From an uncultured Dehalococcoidales bacterium (GTDB lineage: Bacteria > Chloroflexota > Dehalococcoidia > Dehalococcoidales > CAYYQY01), in assembly GCA_964473905.1 (NCBI GenBank), contig CAYYQY010000002.1, positions 7,683 to 71,682 on the forward strand: a stretch of DNA of 64,000 bases, read 5' to 3'. Positions 18,208-27,448 of this stretch are shown piece by piece. A model generated the notes under the pieces. That model saw only the letters and a list, made by a program, of their open reading frames with translations, was not told the origin of the DNA and did not search any database. Position numbers and translations under genes: made by a program. The first letter of the stretch is position 1; each line of letters starts with the position of its first letter.

Positions 18208-18330
18208 TTAATCGATTTTTTCCATGTCCTGTCCGCAACACACCAGTGTTCCGCCGCCGACCCTGGTAACGGTAACTTCGTTACCACAAACAGGGCAACG
18301 ATACTTTTCCCCGACCGTTTCGACTGCCAT
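18208..18330 (-). CDS. Desulforedoxin (40-aa FeS4 rubredoxin-like protein); not in the ORF track (below the length cutoff)
   Basis: My translation: MAVETVGEKYRCPVCGNEVTVTRVGGGTLVCCGQDMEKID*. The motif CxxCG...GGGTLVCCGxxM is the desulforedoxin/Dfx N-domain signature. GGAGG SD at 18341-18345 on the minus strand. Confidence 0.75.
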   Translation of the reverse strand: MAVETVGEKYRCPVCGNEVTVTRVGGGTLVCCGQDMEKID

Positions 18331-18662
18331 GGCTATTTTACCTCCTTGCGTAGGGAGCGCTAACAGTCAGCAACTTATATCATATTTTATAAAAGATATC
18401 AATATTAATTTATTTAATATTTTGGGTTAAAGAATAGATTTTGTCGCAGCTTCTGTGCAATAATTTTAACCAGGCTCAGAATCAAGGTCTGCAGGGTGTA
18501 CCGGGTGCTCCGGAAGTTTGAATCTCCTTAGCAGGTATGATAAAGTACACCATCATTTGCATCTGCGGCATTTTTTCAATACCAGAATATTGGTGGGTTC
18601 ATTCAGGCTGACAGCTTTGATACCGTAGCAATTGAGCTAAAATATTAATTGGAGGTAGCCAA

Positions 18663-19802
18663 ATGGAGGCTATGGACAGATTGTCTTCTCATCTGAAGAC
18701 AAGGTTGGGCGATTTGCGTAAGGTAAAAAAGGAGGGGCGCAAGATTATCGGATATCCGCCGGGGGGTTATCTACCCGAGGAGTTGGTACTGGCGTCCGGG
18801 GCCATACCGATATGCCTGATACGAGGGGGCGACCATGCTCCCGTTGAACTTTCCGGAGCTTATATTTGCCGCTGGATAGATACTTTCTACCGGGCACAGA
18901 TTGGCTACGGGATTTCCGGGGACGATCCGTACTACAACGTTATTGATCTTCTGGCCGTAGCCATGACGGATAATCACGTCCGTGCCCTGGAAGACGTTCT
19001 TGATTATAACACCGATATTGAGGTATTTACCTTTGGTGTACCTCATATGAAAGAAGATAGCACGTTCAAGTATTATTTACATGGTATAAACACTCTTAAA
19101 GCAAAACTCGAGGAGTTTACCGGGGTAGAGATTACGGATTCGAAACTTAAAGAAACCATCGCTTTGTGTAACCGGGAAAGGGAGCTTTTAAAGGAGATTA
19201 GCTTGCTGCGGAAGAGTGTTCCGGCACCTATCAGCGAGAAAGACTATGTGGCACTGCATCACGGTTCCCTGCTGGCCGACAAGGTGTTTATGGTTGAGAT
19301 TTTAGAATCTGTTCTGGATGAGCTAAAGCAGCGGCCGGTACCGGCGAGCGAAGGTCCCAGGATCCTGTTAACCGGCTCAACGTTAGCTATGGGGGACTAT
19401 AGAGTTCTTGATTCGGTAGAGGACGCCGGCGGCAGCATTGTCATTGAAGAGTTTGCCGAGGGCATCAGACCCTACTGGCATAATGTAAGTCCGGACGGAG
19501 ATTTAATGTCTGCCCTGGCTGACTGCTATTTTATGCAGCGAGTGCCGCCTGCCTGGTTCCGGCCGGGGAAAGAAAGGCTTGATTTTGTCATCAAACTGGC
19601 TAAAGACTTCAACGTGTCCGGGGTTATCTGGTACCAGCTTATGTACCGCGAATCTTATAAGACGGAGTCGTACTACTTCCCGGATAGGCTCAAGAAAGAG
19701 ACCGGTTTACCTATGCTCACGCTGGAATCAGACTATGACCAGTCCGAGACAGAGCAGATGCGGACACGGGTTGAGACCTTTGTGGAGACTATAAGGAGAT
19801 AG
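18663..19802 (+). CDS. 2-hydroxyacyl-CoA dehydratase / benzoyl-CoA reductase family subunit (HgdB/BcrC-like)
   Basis: 379 aa. IIGYPPGGYLPEELVLASGAIPICL near the N-terminus and the C-terminal LESDYDQSETEQMRTRVETFVETI signature of the BcrC/BadD/HgdB family. Confidence 0.75.
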   Translation: MEAMDRLSSHLKTRLGDLRKVKKEGRKIIGYPPGGYLPEELVLASGAIPICLIRGGDHAPVELSGAYICRWIDTFYRAQIGYGISGDDPYYNVIDLLAVAMTDNHVRALEDVLDYNTDIEVFTFGVPHMKEDSTFKYYLHGINTLKAKLEEFTGVEITDSKLKETIALCNRERELLKEISLLRKSVPAPISEKDYVALHHGSLLADKVFMVEILESVLDELKQRPVPASEGPRILLTGSTLAMGDYRVLDSVEDAGGSIVIEEFAEGIRPYWHNVSPDGDLMSALADCYFMQRVPPAWFRPGKERLDFVIKLAKDFNVSGVIWYQLMYRESYKTESYYFPDRLKKETGLPMLTLESDYDQSETEQMRTRVETFVETIRR

Positions 19803-19804
19803 AT

Positions 19805-21214
19805 ATGGCAAACTATTATGACGAGCTACTCAGACTTTGCGGGTTTGAGGACGAAGAAATTATAGAAGAGAAACCTAGAATTGACAGTGCCTTTGCCAGG
19901 CTGGAACTGGGTCCTGAAGATATTAAGACAGCTGAGCAATGGGTGCGGCAGAACCATGATATTGAGCTCAGGGGCGTACGTAAACTGCTCCGGGCATGGC
20001 TGCTGGAGCTTATTGATATGGTGCTGGCCAAGGACGAGGGTAAGTTGATAGTCTATTACGGCTTTCCCAGTATTCCCGGTCCGGGTATGGCTACAAAGGT
20101 AGCGGCCATGGATGCGGGCATAGATCTCTATATTGCCTGCCCCGATGTGGTGCTGTGTCACACTATGGGCCAAATATTTAATAAACTTAATCCTTTACTG
20201 GAGGCGGGTGAGCAGGGCGGGCTGCCACCGGGGCACGGCCTGTGCTCGCTGCAACAGATAAGAAACGGTGGCATGGCCAAAGGGGTAATCCCGGTACCGG
20301 ACCTGGTTACCGGTTCCAGCTATTTCTGCGACATGGGTTCCAAGGCGGATGAACTGCTTCACGAAAAATACGGTCACCCGGCAATATATGTTGATGGCTC
20401 TATGGATTCCAGGTGGGGTGAGTACCCCGATTACCTGCCTGAGAGGGTAGAGTTTCTGGGCGCACAGATTAATAAGCTCTTTGCTGCCGTCAAAGAAGTC
20501 CTCGGAGTAGAGGTGACTAATGAGGCCTGGGACAAAGCCATGTCCATTAGCCGTGAGCTCTTTAAGGCTCAGGGCCGCCTTACCCGCTTGATGACGGCTG
20601 ACCCGCAGCCACTCAGCGCCGTGGCACTGGGGCTGGCGTTACAGCTGACTACCGGCTCTACCGGCAGGGCTATTTCAGAAGGGCCCGAGGCAGTCTCTAT
20701 CCTGTGCGACGAGGTTGAAAAGAGAGTTGAGCAGGGCATCGGCGTTGTGGAAAAAGGAGCACCGCGAGTGCTGAATTTCATTGCCCCGTTTTCCGACCCC
20801 AGCATAATGCGTATGATGGAAGATGCCGGTCTGGCTATGTCGGTAACCCTGTTGAGTGTTCCCGGTAAGAAGTATCCGCCCAGCAGCTACACCACACTGG
20901 GTGAAATACGGGCCGAGAGAGAGATGAGAGACGGTCATTACCACGGCGGTTTCGGTCTGGCCAAACGGTTTGAAGAAGCTGCCCGTGATCTGGATGTGGA
21001 CGGGGTCATGTGGGGTTACCTGTTCAATTGCCGGCCGCTGGCTGAGACTTCGCATACCGTCAAGAAATGGGTAGAGGAGACTACCGGCATACCTACCATA
21101 GCTCTGGAAATGGATGCATACGACAGCCGTAACTACAGTGCGGCTGCATTGAGAACCAGGGTAGAAGCCTTTGCCGAGATGCTGAGAGCTAGAAAGGCGG
21201 CTGCCGGTGAATGA
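19805..21214 (+). CDS. 2-hydroxyacyl-CoA dehydratase / benzoyl-CoA reductase family subunit (HgdA/BcrB-like), paralogue 1
   Basis: 469 aa with the C-terminal ALEMDAYDSRNYSAAALRTRVEAFAEML family signature and conserved Cys contexts (LCSLQQ, YFCDMGSK, LFNCRP). AAGGAGA SD. Confidence 0.7.
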   Translation: MANYYDELLRLCGFEDEEIIEEKPRIDSAFARLELGPEDIKTAEQWVRQNHDIELRGVRKLLRAWLLELIDMVLAKDEGKLIVYYGFPSIPGPGMATKVAAMDAGIDLYIACPDVVLCHTMGQIFNKLNPLLEAGEQGGLPPGHGLCSLQQIRNGGMAKGVIPVPDLVTGSSYFCDMGSKADELLHEKYGHPAIYVDGSMDSRWGEYPDYLPERVEFLGAQINKLFAAVKEVLGVEVTNEAWDKAMSISRELFKAQGRLTRLMTADPQPLSAVALGLALQLTTGSTGRAISEGPEAVSILCDEVEKRVEQGIGVVEKGAPRVLNFIAPFSDPSIMRMMEDAGLAMSVTLLSVPGKKYPPSSYTTLGEIRAEREMRDGHYHGGFGLAKRFEEAARDLDVDGVMWGYLFNCRPLAETSHTVKKWVEETTGIPTIALEMDAYDSRNYSAAALRTRVEAFAEMLRARKAAAGE

Positions 21215-21368
21215 AAGAATAAAACTGGAGTATAAGAATTATAGATAGTAGCGGCACCGCTGTGGTTGCTGCTGACCGCAAAGCATCAGTGGACTTTGGT
21301 ATCAGCCATTCTGTTGCAGGTCATACGAAACGGGGTCTTGCAACTTTATGATTGTAAGGAGTTGAGAC

Positions 21369-22781
21369 ATGGCTAATTATTATGATGAACTGCTTAAACT
21401 TTGCGGATTTACAGATAAAGATATAGGTGAGGAAAAATCTCGGCTGGACAAGGTATTCCAGAGGCTGGAACTGGGAGTCGGGGATATGGAGACAGCCGGG
21501 AGGTGGGTGAGGGAGAATCATGATATAGAGCTTCTCGGGGTAAGGAAGCTGCTCCGGGCATGGCTTCTGGAGCTCCTTGACATGGTGCTGGCCAGGGAAG
21601 AAGGTAAAAAGCTCGTTTACTATGGCTACCCCAGTATCCACGGGCCGGGTATGGCGATAAAAGTGGCCTCGGAACTGGCTGGCGTAGATTTGTATGTATC
21701 CTGTCCCGATACGGTACTGTGTCATACTCTGGGTCAAATCTTCAATAAGCTGAGCCCGGTGCTTGAAGCCGGGGAAGCAAACGGCTTACCGCCGGGGCAC
21801 GGGCTGTGCTCACTGCAGCAAATAAGGGTTGGTGGTATGGCGAAAGGGATAATCTCCGTCCCGGACCTGGTTGCCGGCTCCAGCTACTACTGTGATATGG
21901 GCTCCAAGGCTGATGAACTCCTGCACGAGACATACGGTCACCGGGCGGTATACGTGGATGGCTCTATGGATTCCCGGTGGGGAGAATATCCCGGTTACAG
22001 TCCGGAACGGGTGGAGTTTCTCGGTGGCCAACTGAACAAGCTGTTTGATGCCGCTAAAGAAGTTTTAGGTGTAGAGGTAACCGGGGAGACGTGGGACAGG
22101 GCTATGTCTATGAGCCGTGACTTCTTTCGCCAGATAGGCCGTCTTAGCCGGCTCATGACTGCCGACCCCATGCCGATTAGTGCCGTGGAGTTAAGCCTGG
22201 CGCTACAGCTGGGTGGCGCTTCCACCGGCAGGGCTATGAGCGAAGGGGTGGAGGCAGTGTCTATCCTGTGTGACGAGGTTGAGCAAAGGGTGGCGCAGGG
22301 TATCGGCGTGGTGGAAAAGGGGGCTCCCCGGGTACTGAACTTTAGCGCCCATTTCTCCGACCCGAGCATAATGCATATGATGGAGAATACTGGGCTCGCT
22401 ATGTCGGCAACGATGCTGAGCGTGCCGCCCCCGAAAGCTCCTTCGCCTTCCCGCTATACGACCCTGGGTGAAATAAGGGCCGAGGGTGAGATGACCAGCG
22501 GTATGTACCACAGCTCTTTCAGTATTGCCAAGCGGTTTGAGGATGCGGTCAGGGCTTTGAATATAGACGGTGTTATCTGGAGTTACCTGTATAACTGCCG
22601 GCCGTCGGCGCAGCTTTCTCATGTTGTCAAGAAGTGGGTAGAAGCGTCCACCGGAGTACCGTCCCTATCGCTGGAGATGGACATTTATGACAGCCGGAAC
22701 TACAGTGCCGCCGCAATGAGAACCAGGGTGGAAGCCTTTGCCGAGATGCTGAGAGCCAGGAAGGTAATGGCTGGGGACTGA
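21369..22781 (+). CDS. 2-hydroxyacyl-CoA dehydratase / benzoyl-CoA reductase family subunit, paralogue 2 (tandem duplicate of 19805-21214)
   Basis: 470 aa, collinear with the previous protein along its full length, with most positions identical by eye. AAGGAG SD. Confidence 0.7.
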   Translation: MANYYDELLKLCGFTDKDIGEEKSRLDKVFQRLELGVGDMETAGRWVRENHDIELLGVRKLLRAWLLELLDMVLAREEGKKLVYYGYPSIHGPGMAIKVASELAGVDLYVSCPDTVLCHTLGQIFNKLSPVLEAGEANGLPPGHGLCSLQQIRVGGMAKGIISVPDLVAGSSYYCDMGSKADELLHETYGHRAVYVDGSMDSRWGEYPGYSPERVEFLGGQLNKLFDAAKEVLGVEVTGETWDRAMSMSRDFFRQIGRLSRLMTADPMPISAVELSLALQLGGASTGRAMSEGVEAVSILCDEVEQRVAQGIGVVEKGAPRVLNFSAHFSDPSIMHMMENTGLAMSATMLSVPPPKAPSPSRYTTLGEIRAEGEMTSGMYHSSFSIAKRFEDAVRALNIDGVIWSYLYNCRPSAQLSHVVKKWVEASTGVPSLSLEMDIYDSRNYSAAAMRTRVEAFAEMLRARKVMAGD

Positions 22782-22891
22782 GTAATGCCGGGCAATACCG
22801 GCAAACATTATAAGATGGCCCTACGCTATCCCGGGGCTGAGTCGGTGTATAAAAGAAGCCCGGCCTTAAACGCGGGGCTATCGCTGAAGCA

Positions 22892-24013
22892 TCACTGCTG
22901 CAGGTTAAAATACTGGATACTGCAGGTACTGACCGGCCGGTCCCTGAACGGGCAGTTTTTACATGAGCTGAATGCTTCGGGGTTATCCCGTATCGTTTTA
23001 CGCACTTTCTTTGCCTGCTGGCTCCACCAGATGTCAGCAAAAGTTGAGCCCGCGGCAATGCTGCCGTAAGCCTGTGCTCCGTTGTAGTCCTGGTCGCAGG
23101 AGCCAACGGTACCATCGGCGAAAAAGATAGGAAAAGTAAAAGCCTTCTCGCACATAAAGTCTTCGCGGCGGATGCGTTTATTGTTTTTATAATCGTAAGC
23201 CCTGAATCTCTCATCTTTCGGTATCAATTCATTGTGGGAGTCGTCCGGGGCATCTATGACGGATAGAGTACGGATAGTCATCTGTTCAAATTTATTCTCT
23301 CTGGCGAAGGTCTCCAGCCGGGGCAGTTCATGCTCATTGTGACTCATAACGATATAGCGCAGGTGAAGCACCGGGAAAGCACTGCCCTTCTCGGCTTTCA
23401 TTTGAACGAGGCGCTGTACACCTTCTAGGGCAGGGGCGAGCCTGGCCCCGACTCGAAAGACGGAATTGGTCGCATCGGTTATACCGTCCAGGCACACTAT
23501 CAAGTAGGTCGGTGGATAATCTGTGAGTGCCTGCAAGACGTCTTCATTGTCCAGATTTTGCCCGTTGGTGGATAGGAAAGTGGTAAAACCCCGGTTATGA
23601 ACGGTGCGCAGAACATCGGGCAGTTGCGGGTGTAGCAGCGGCTCGCCCCACCCCCACAGGCTGGCTGTCAACAGGTAGGGGCCTATTTCTTTTATCAGAC
23701 GCTTCAGCAACAGAGGGTCAATTGCTTGCGGTTTCCGGTTGAGGGTGCCGAGGCCTGTCGGGCACACCGGGCACTTCAGGTTGCAGTAGTTGGTCAGCTC
23801 CAGGTGAATGTGCTGCGGCCAGCCCCAGGGATGTGTCCTCCGGTGGACAAGGTTGGCGGCGGTGCGGAGCATATTTATTCGCTTGCGGAGCGGTATATGC
23901 GATAGCTCAACAGCCATCAAGTCGTACTGGAAATGGTGATGTCCCCGGATGAGGATATTCCAGGCCAGTTTCGGCGCTCGCTTTATATAGTTCAGGCGTT
24001 CTCCTGATCTCAA
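22892..24013 (-). CDS. Radical SAM protein with a SPASM-like C-terminal Cys-rich domain
   Basis: CX3CX2C motif in LELTNYCNLKCPVCPTG and GWGEPLL. C-terminal cysteines (FMCEK...GSCDQDY...SSCKNCPF). The TTG start overlaps the upstream stop (TTGA). Confidence 0.75.
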   Translation of the reverse strand: MRSGERLNYIKRAPKLAWNILIRGHHHFQYDLMAVELSHIPLRKRINMLRTAANLVHRRTHPWGWPQHIHLELTNYCNLKCPVCPTGLGTLNRKPQAIDPLLLKRLIKEIGPYLLTASLWGWGEPLLHPQLPDVLRTVHNRGFTTFLSTNGQNLDNEDVLQALTDYPPTYLIVCLDGITDATNSVFRVGARLAPALEGVQRLVQMKAEKGSAFPVLHLRYIVMSHNEHELPRLETFARENKFEQMTIRTLSVIDAPDDSHNELIPKDERFRAYDYKNNKRIRREDFMCEKAFTFPIFFADGTVGSCDQDYNGAQAYGSIAAGSTFADIWWSQQAKKVRKTIRDNPEAFSSCKNCPFRDRPVSTCSIQYFNLQQ

Positions 24014-25014
24014 TCTACCCTCCCGGTATCAGCCATTTTTGATGTCCGTACTGTTTTGACATGCTCCAGACGGTCAAACTCGTAGCGGGTTATCTTTTCC
24101 AGACAGTTATCGGCACCACAGGCATACCCGGTAGCCTGCCCGATACCCTCCGCCAGCAGTCCCAGTACCAGGCTGGGCATTAATTTCAACAGAAAGCCGG
24201 AGCCCTGTTCCCGGCGCACATGCCCCTGTATGCGCCCGAGGCGTCTCCAGGGTATCAGGGGAGATCCCGCCACAAACATAAACCGACGGCTCCGGGACCA
24301 CAGCCTCGCCCAGGTAGAGGCGAACTGTCGTCCCTGATAGTACCTCTTGGGGAGCCATGATGACCAGGAGGCGTAATTAAGGTGTGCCGTGCACGTATTT
24401 GACTCCAGCATGAGCTTATATCCCGCTGCGTTCAACCGGCGGTGCAGGATACTCTCGGCCTCAAGCAGATAGTCAAGCTCGTCTTCGTATTCAAGCAGGA
24501 CTCTGAGTTTATAGCTGCTGTTATGTCCGGGAAGATGGCGGACCGCTCCGGATGAGTCCGGGTGGGTCCACTCGCCGTATGATATGTAAAAATCTGCCCA
24601 GCTTACTGTCGTGTCCGGATTGCCGTTTGTTACTCTAGGTCCTACTGCTGCCCATTCTTGCTGGTGAGCGGCGATAAATAGCTCAGCCCACCTGCTGTCC
24701 GGGAAGGCGTGGTCCTGTGTCAGGGCAACAACCGGAGCCTGCGCCCGGCGTATGCCGGCGGCATATCCATGAGCTATGGATTTTATCCTGCCGATTTCAA
24801 CGACTAGCCAGCTATGAAAACATTCCAGTTCCGGCTCTCTCAGCTTTAGCTGCGCGGCGGACGGTGACACAAATACAATTTCTATCTGCCCGGCAGTGGT
24901 TTGCCTCCGTAAACAGTCCATTAACTGCCGAATGCTGTCATAAGAGTCTTTTACCAGCACGATAGCAGATAGGGCCGGTCTTTCGGCCAGTTTATTGTAC
25001 GCGGTGGAATTCAT
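24010..25014 (-). CDS. Glycosyltransferase family 2-like protein, paralogue B
   Basis: Rossmann-like start LSAIVLVKDSYDSI, ALTQDHAFPD (DxD-like) and LPGHNSSYK, with a hydrophobic C-terminal segment. It is a paralogue of the upstream gene. Confidence 0.55.
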   Translation of the reverse strand: MNSTAYNKLAERPALSAIVLVKDSYDSIRQLMDCLRRQTTAGQIEIVFVSPSAAQLKLREPELECFHSWLVVEIGRIKSIAHGYAAGIRRAQAPVVALTQDHAFPDSRWAELFIAAHQQEWAAVGPRVTNGNPDTTVSWADFYISYGEWTHPDSSGAVRHLPGHNSSYKLRVLLEYEDELDYLLEAESILHRRLNAAGYKLMLESNTCTAHLNYASWSSWLPKRYYQGRQFASTWARLWSRSRRFMFVAGSPLIPWRRLGRIQGHVRREQGSGFLLKLMPSLVLGLLAEGIGQATGYACGADNCLEKITRYEFDRLEHVKTVRTSKMADTGRVD

Positions 25015-25975
25015 AGATGGTTGCTTTCTGAGTGGAGTTACCGTATCCGGTCAGATAACCGACCAGTTGACCAATACCATGCATTATGAGACCGATGGAT
25101 ACAACGGGTAGCAGACGGAGATTAAAGCCGGGGGTTTGCGTCCGGAGAACACGTTTTTGTACACGCCAGAGCCGTACCAGTGGGATCAAGGGAGAGGCTA
25201 AGGTGAAAAACAGCCGGCGCGGCCATGACCAGCTTAGTGCCCAGGTAGCGGCAAACATGCGCCCGGCGTAGTACTGCTCTGGTATCCAGCGTGACCAGTC
25301 CGCAAAATTAATATGCGTGGTGCCGGTACGTGATTCCAGCATAAGCTCGTACCCCTTTGCCTTCAGATGACGGTGCAGCACACTTTCAGCCTGCATCAGG
25401 TTTTCCAGCCTGTCACCGAAGGCAAGCAGGACGTCCCGTTTGTAGCTGCTGTTATGTCCGGGCAGATGGCGTACCGGCCCGGGTGCTATCGGGTAAGCCC
25501 ATTCGCCATACGCCTGATAGTAGTCCGCCCAGCTCACCATGTTATCCGGGTTTCCATTGCGCATGCACGGGCCGACGGCCGCCCAGGGCTTCTGGTGAGC
25601 GGCGATAAATAGCTCGGCCCATCGGCTGTCCGGGAAGGCATGGTCTTCGGTGAGGGCAATAACGGGGGCGTGCGCCTTGCGTATGCCGGCGCAAGAGCCC
25701 TCGGCAATGGAGTCTATTTTTTCTACTTCAACGATGTGCCAGCTGTGAAAGCTCGTTAGCTCGGATGCGTCAAGCTTAATCTGTGCCGGTGCGGGTACAA
25801 CAAAAATAATTTCCATTTGCCCGGCGGCAGTCTGCTTTTTTAAATATTCCATCGTATGCCGTACCGTCTCGTAGCTATCGGGAATAACGACAATGGCTGC
25901 CAGCGCCGGAGAATTCGAAGGCTTGTTCTGTACGGATGCTATGTCTTCACCTGAGATTGAGCTGTCATCAAGCAT
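24992..25975 (-). CDS. Glycosyltransferase family 2-like protein, paralogue A
   Basis: LAAIVVIPDSYETV, ALTEDHAFPD and LPGHNSSYK. AGGAGG SD (25979-25986, minus strand). Overlaps the next gene by 23 nt. Confidence 0.55.
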   Translation of the reverse strand: MLDDSSISGEDIASVQNKPSNSPALAAIVVIPDSYETVRHTMEYLKKQTAAGQMEIIFVVPAPAQIKLDASELTSFHSWHIVEVEKIDSIAEGSCAGIRKAHAPVIALTEDHAFPDSRWAELFIAAHQKPWAAVGPCMRNGNPDNMVSWADYYQAYGEWAYPIAPGPVRHLPGHNSSYKRDVLLAFGDRLENLMQAESVLHRHLKAKGYELMLESRTGTTHINFADWSRWIPEQYYAGRMFAATWALSWSWPRRLFFTLASPLIPLVRLWRVQKRVLRTQTPGFNLRLLPVVSIGLIMHGIGQLVGYLTGYGNSTQKATIYEFHRVQ

Positions 25976-26198
25976 TTGGCCTCCTGAATGTGAAAAGACC
26001 GAAGACCGTCTCTGCGGGACTGCCCGTCAGTGCCGCAGAGAACCACCACGGCAGCCATCCCCGGCCGCCGTTTTCTGGTTTAACACTTAAGTGCGGACTT
26101 TCTTATCCTATACAAATTGACCGGGGTAGTCAAGAATATCTTTGGGAAAACACGGTCAGGGTTATTCCGTGAGCTAAGTGGGGAGGGGCTAAGTCTCC

Positions 26199-26627
26199 TT
26201 ACTGCCGGACTCTGCGGGCAAGCACTATGCTGCCGATACTGCCGGTCAGATAGGCAAGCGGGCAAACCACCAGTCCCAGGATAAAGAAGACTGGCTCGTC
26301 CGGCATATTAATTCCCGCCCAGAAATCTTCCCCGAAAAAGTGGATAAATAGACCGTAGACGGTGTTATGCAGCAGTACGCTTACCGTAATACCGGCGGCT
26401 GCGGCACCCGTAAGTATCAGGAAAGCCCGCATTAAACCGCGCACGTCCTCCCTGACAGTGAGAAAGATTAGCAGTCCTCCCAGTATTACCAGCAGTATGC
26501 CCACGGTGAGCATAACGATATCCATTCTAGCAGTCTTGTTTAACGCGGGCACGGCCATAAATAGAACGGCTATGACGAAAACAGCCGCCAGTGTCCAGAA
26601 GATTGACCACGTAAGTTTGCTTCTCAT
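26199..26627 (-). CDS. Hypothetical integral membrane protein (about 4 TM segments)
   Basis: 142 aa dominated by four hydrophobic stretches; no recognisable family. Confidence 0.45.
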   Translation of the reverse strand: MRSKLTWSIFWTLAAVFVIAVLFMAVPALNKTARMDIVMLTVGILLVILGGLLIFLTVREDVRGLMRAFLILTGAAAAGITVSVLLHNTVYGLFIHFFGEDFWAGINMPDEPVFFILGLVVCPLAYLTGSIGSIVLARRVRQ

Positions 26628-26837
26628 CTACCTGCCTCCGGCATTTCAGCAAGGTACGGGCTGCCCAGATAGCACCAGTAAAGCATTATTCTTTGATTAT
26701 AGCAAAAGGGGGGTGTATTTATAAATAGACAGGGTGAATATAAATAGAGGAGTCTCTCATTTTCCTGCATAATTACAACTTGAGTATATAAGATACCGTG
26801 AAGGGGGTAATGGCGCCAAATCTAAGAAATACGATTA

Positions 26838-27197
26838 TTATGTAGCCAATTCCCTGGCCTTTTTAAACCCTGCTGATGTTAACCTGAATAAGCTTCCTGT
26901 ATCGTAAGAGATATAACCGCGTTCACATAGATTCTTAAATGCTTCAATGTACTTAATAGCAATTGCGGGGTCATTTGTCGTATCGTCAGGGAAATTCTTG
27001 TTCCCTGCTCTTACCCAGTCTGGAATTTCATCGACAGATAGAATACCAAACTCACCATCCTTTGCGGCGGCAATCATCAATTCCTTTTCAGCTTCAGAGA
27101 GCTGTCTCTGTTTAAAGTGTTCTATAGTTTTGTTTCCACCTTCCATAGCTATTCGACAAAGAGATACGAGAGCTGTAATAGTTGCAATCTCAACCAT
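26838..27197 (-). CDS. Hypothetical protein in an AT-rich patch
   Basis: 119-aa ORF with no recognisable motif. The local composition is clearly more AT-rich than the flanks. Confidence 0.4.
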   Translation of the reverse strand: MVEIATITALVSLCRIAMEGGNKTIEHFKQRQLSEAEKELMIAAAKDGEFGILSVDEIPDWVRAGNKNFPDDTTNDPAIAIKYIEAFKNLCERGYISYDTGSLFRLTSAGFKKARELAT

Positions 27198-27329
27198 AGT
27201 ATACCCCCTATGCGCCCATAATATTTTTAGTATATTCCCTTTGGTTTCTTACAATCAAGGTTATCAATATGCAATTATCATGATTGTAGTATTACCGTTT
27301 GAATAAATATTATATGCTCACAGAGGAAA

Positions 27330-27356
27330 GGGGAGAACAAAACGTTTCCCCCTTTT
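27330..27356 (-). terminator. Putative rho-independent terminator downstream of tRNA-Gly
   Basis: GGGGA (27330-27334) pairs with TCCCC (27347-27351). T-runs lie on both sides, so it could act bidirectionally. Confidence 0.35.
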
Positions 27357-27448
27357 ACAATGCGGGTGTTTAGGTATTAAGCACTGTTAAGCAAACTGAC
27401 TTGAAATGCAAGGTGCTACGGGGAAACCTACAGATAGAGCATAAAATC

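Noticed and set aside
18224-18430. 68-aa plus-strand ORF
   Set aside because: It is antisense to the 40-aa desulforedoxin gene, which has a clear family signature and SD. The plus-strand frame continues into AT-rich promoter DNA.
19805-22781. Recent segmental duplication or assembly artefact for the two 469/470-aa paralogues
   Set aside because: The two copies differ at many synonymous and non-synonymous positions from the first codons onward, and their intergenic and SD regions differ. This is an old tandem duplication, not a collapsed or duplicated assembly repeat.
22627-23214. 195-aa minus-strand ORF and the 94-aa plus-strand ORF 22785-23069
   Set aside because: They overlap the 3' ends of the well-supported Hgd/Bcr paralogue and the radical-SAM gene in other frames. 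Their Arg/Ser/Pro-rich translations show no domain signatures.
25976-26100. Known riboswitch class in the leader of the GT2/radical-SAM operon, and a 39-aa ORF (MAAVVVLCGTDGQSRRDG...) as a possible RiPP precursor
   Set aside because: The leader does not match the cobalamin, SAM, TPP or other riboswitch cores that I can recall. The small ORF lacks an SD, overlaps the GT2 start out of frame, and has no precursor-like features. Only the hairpin is reported.
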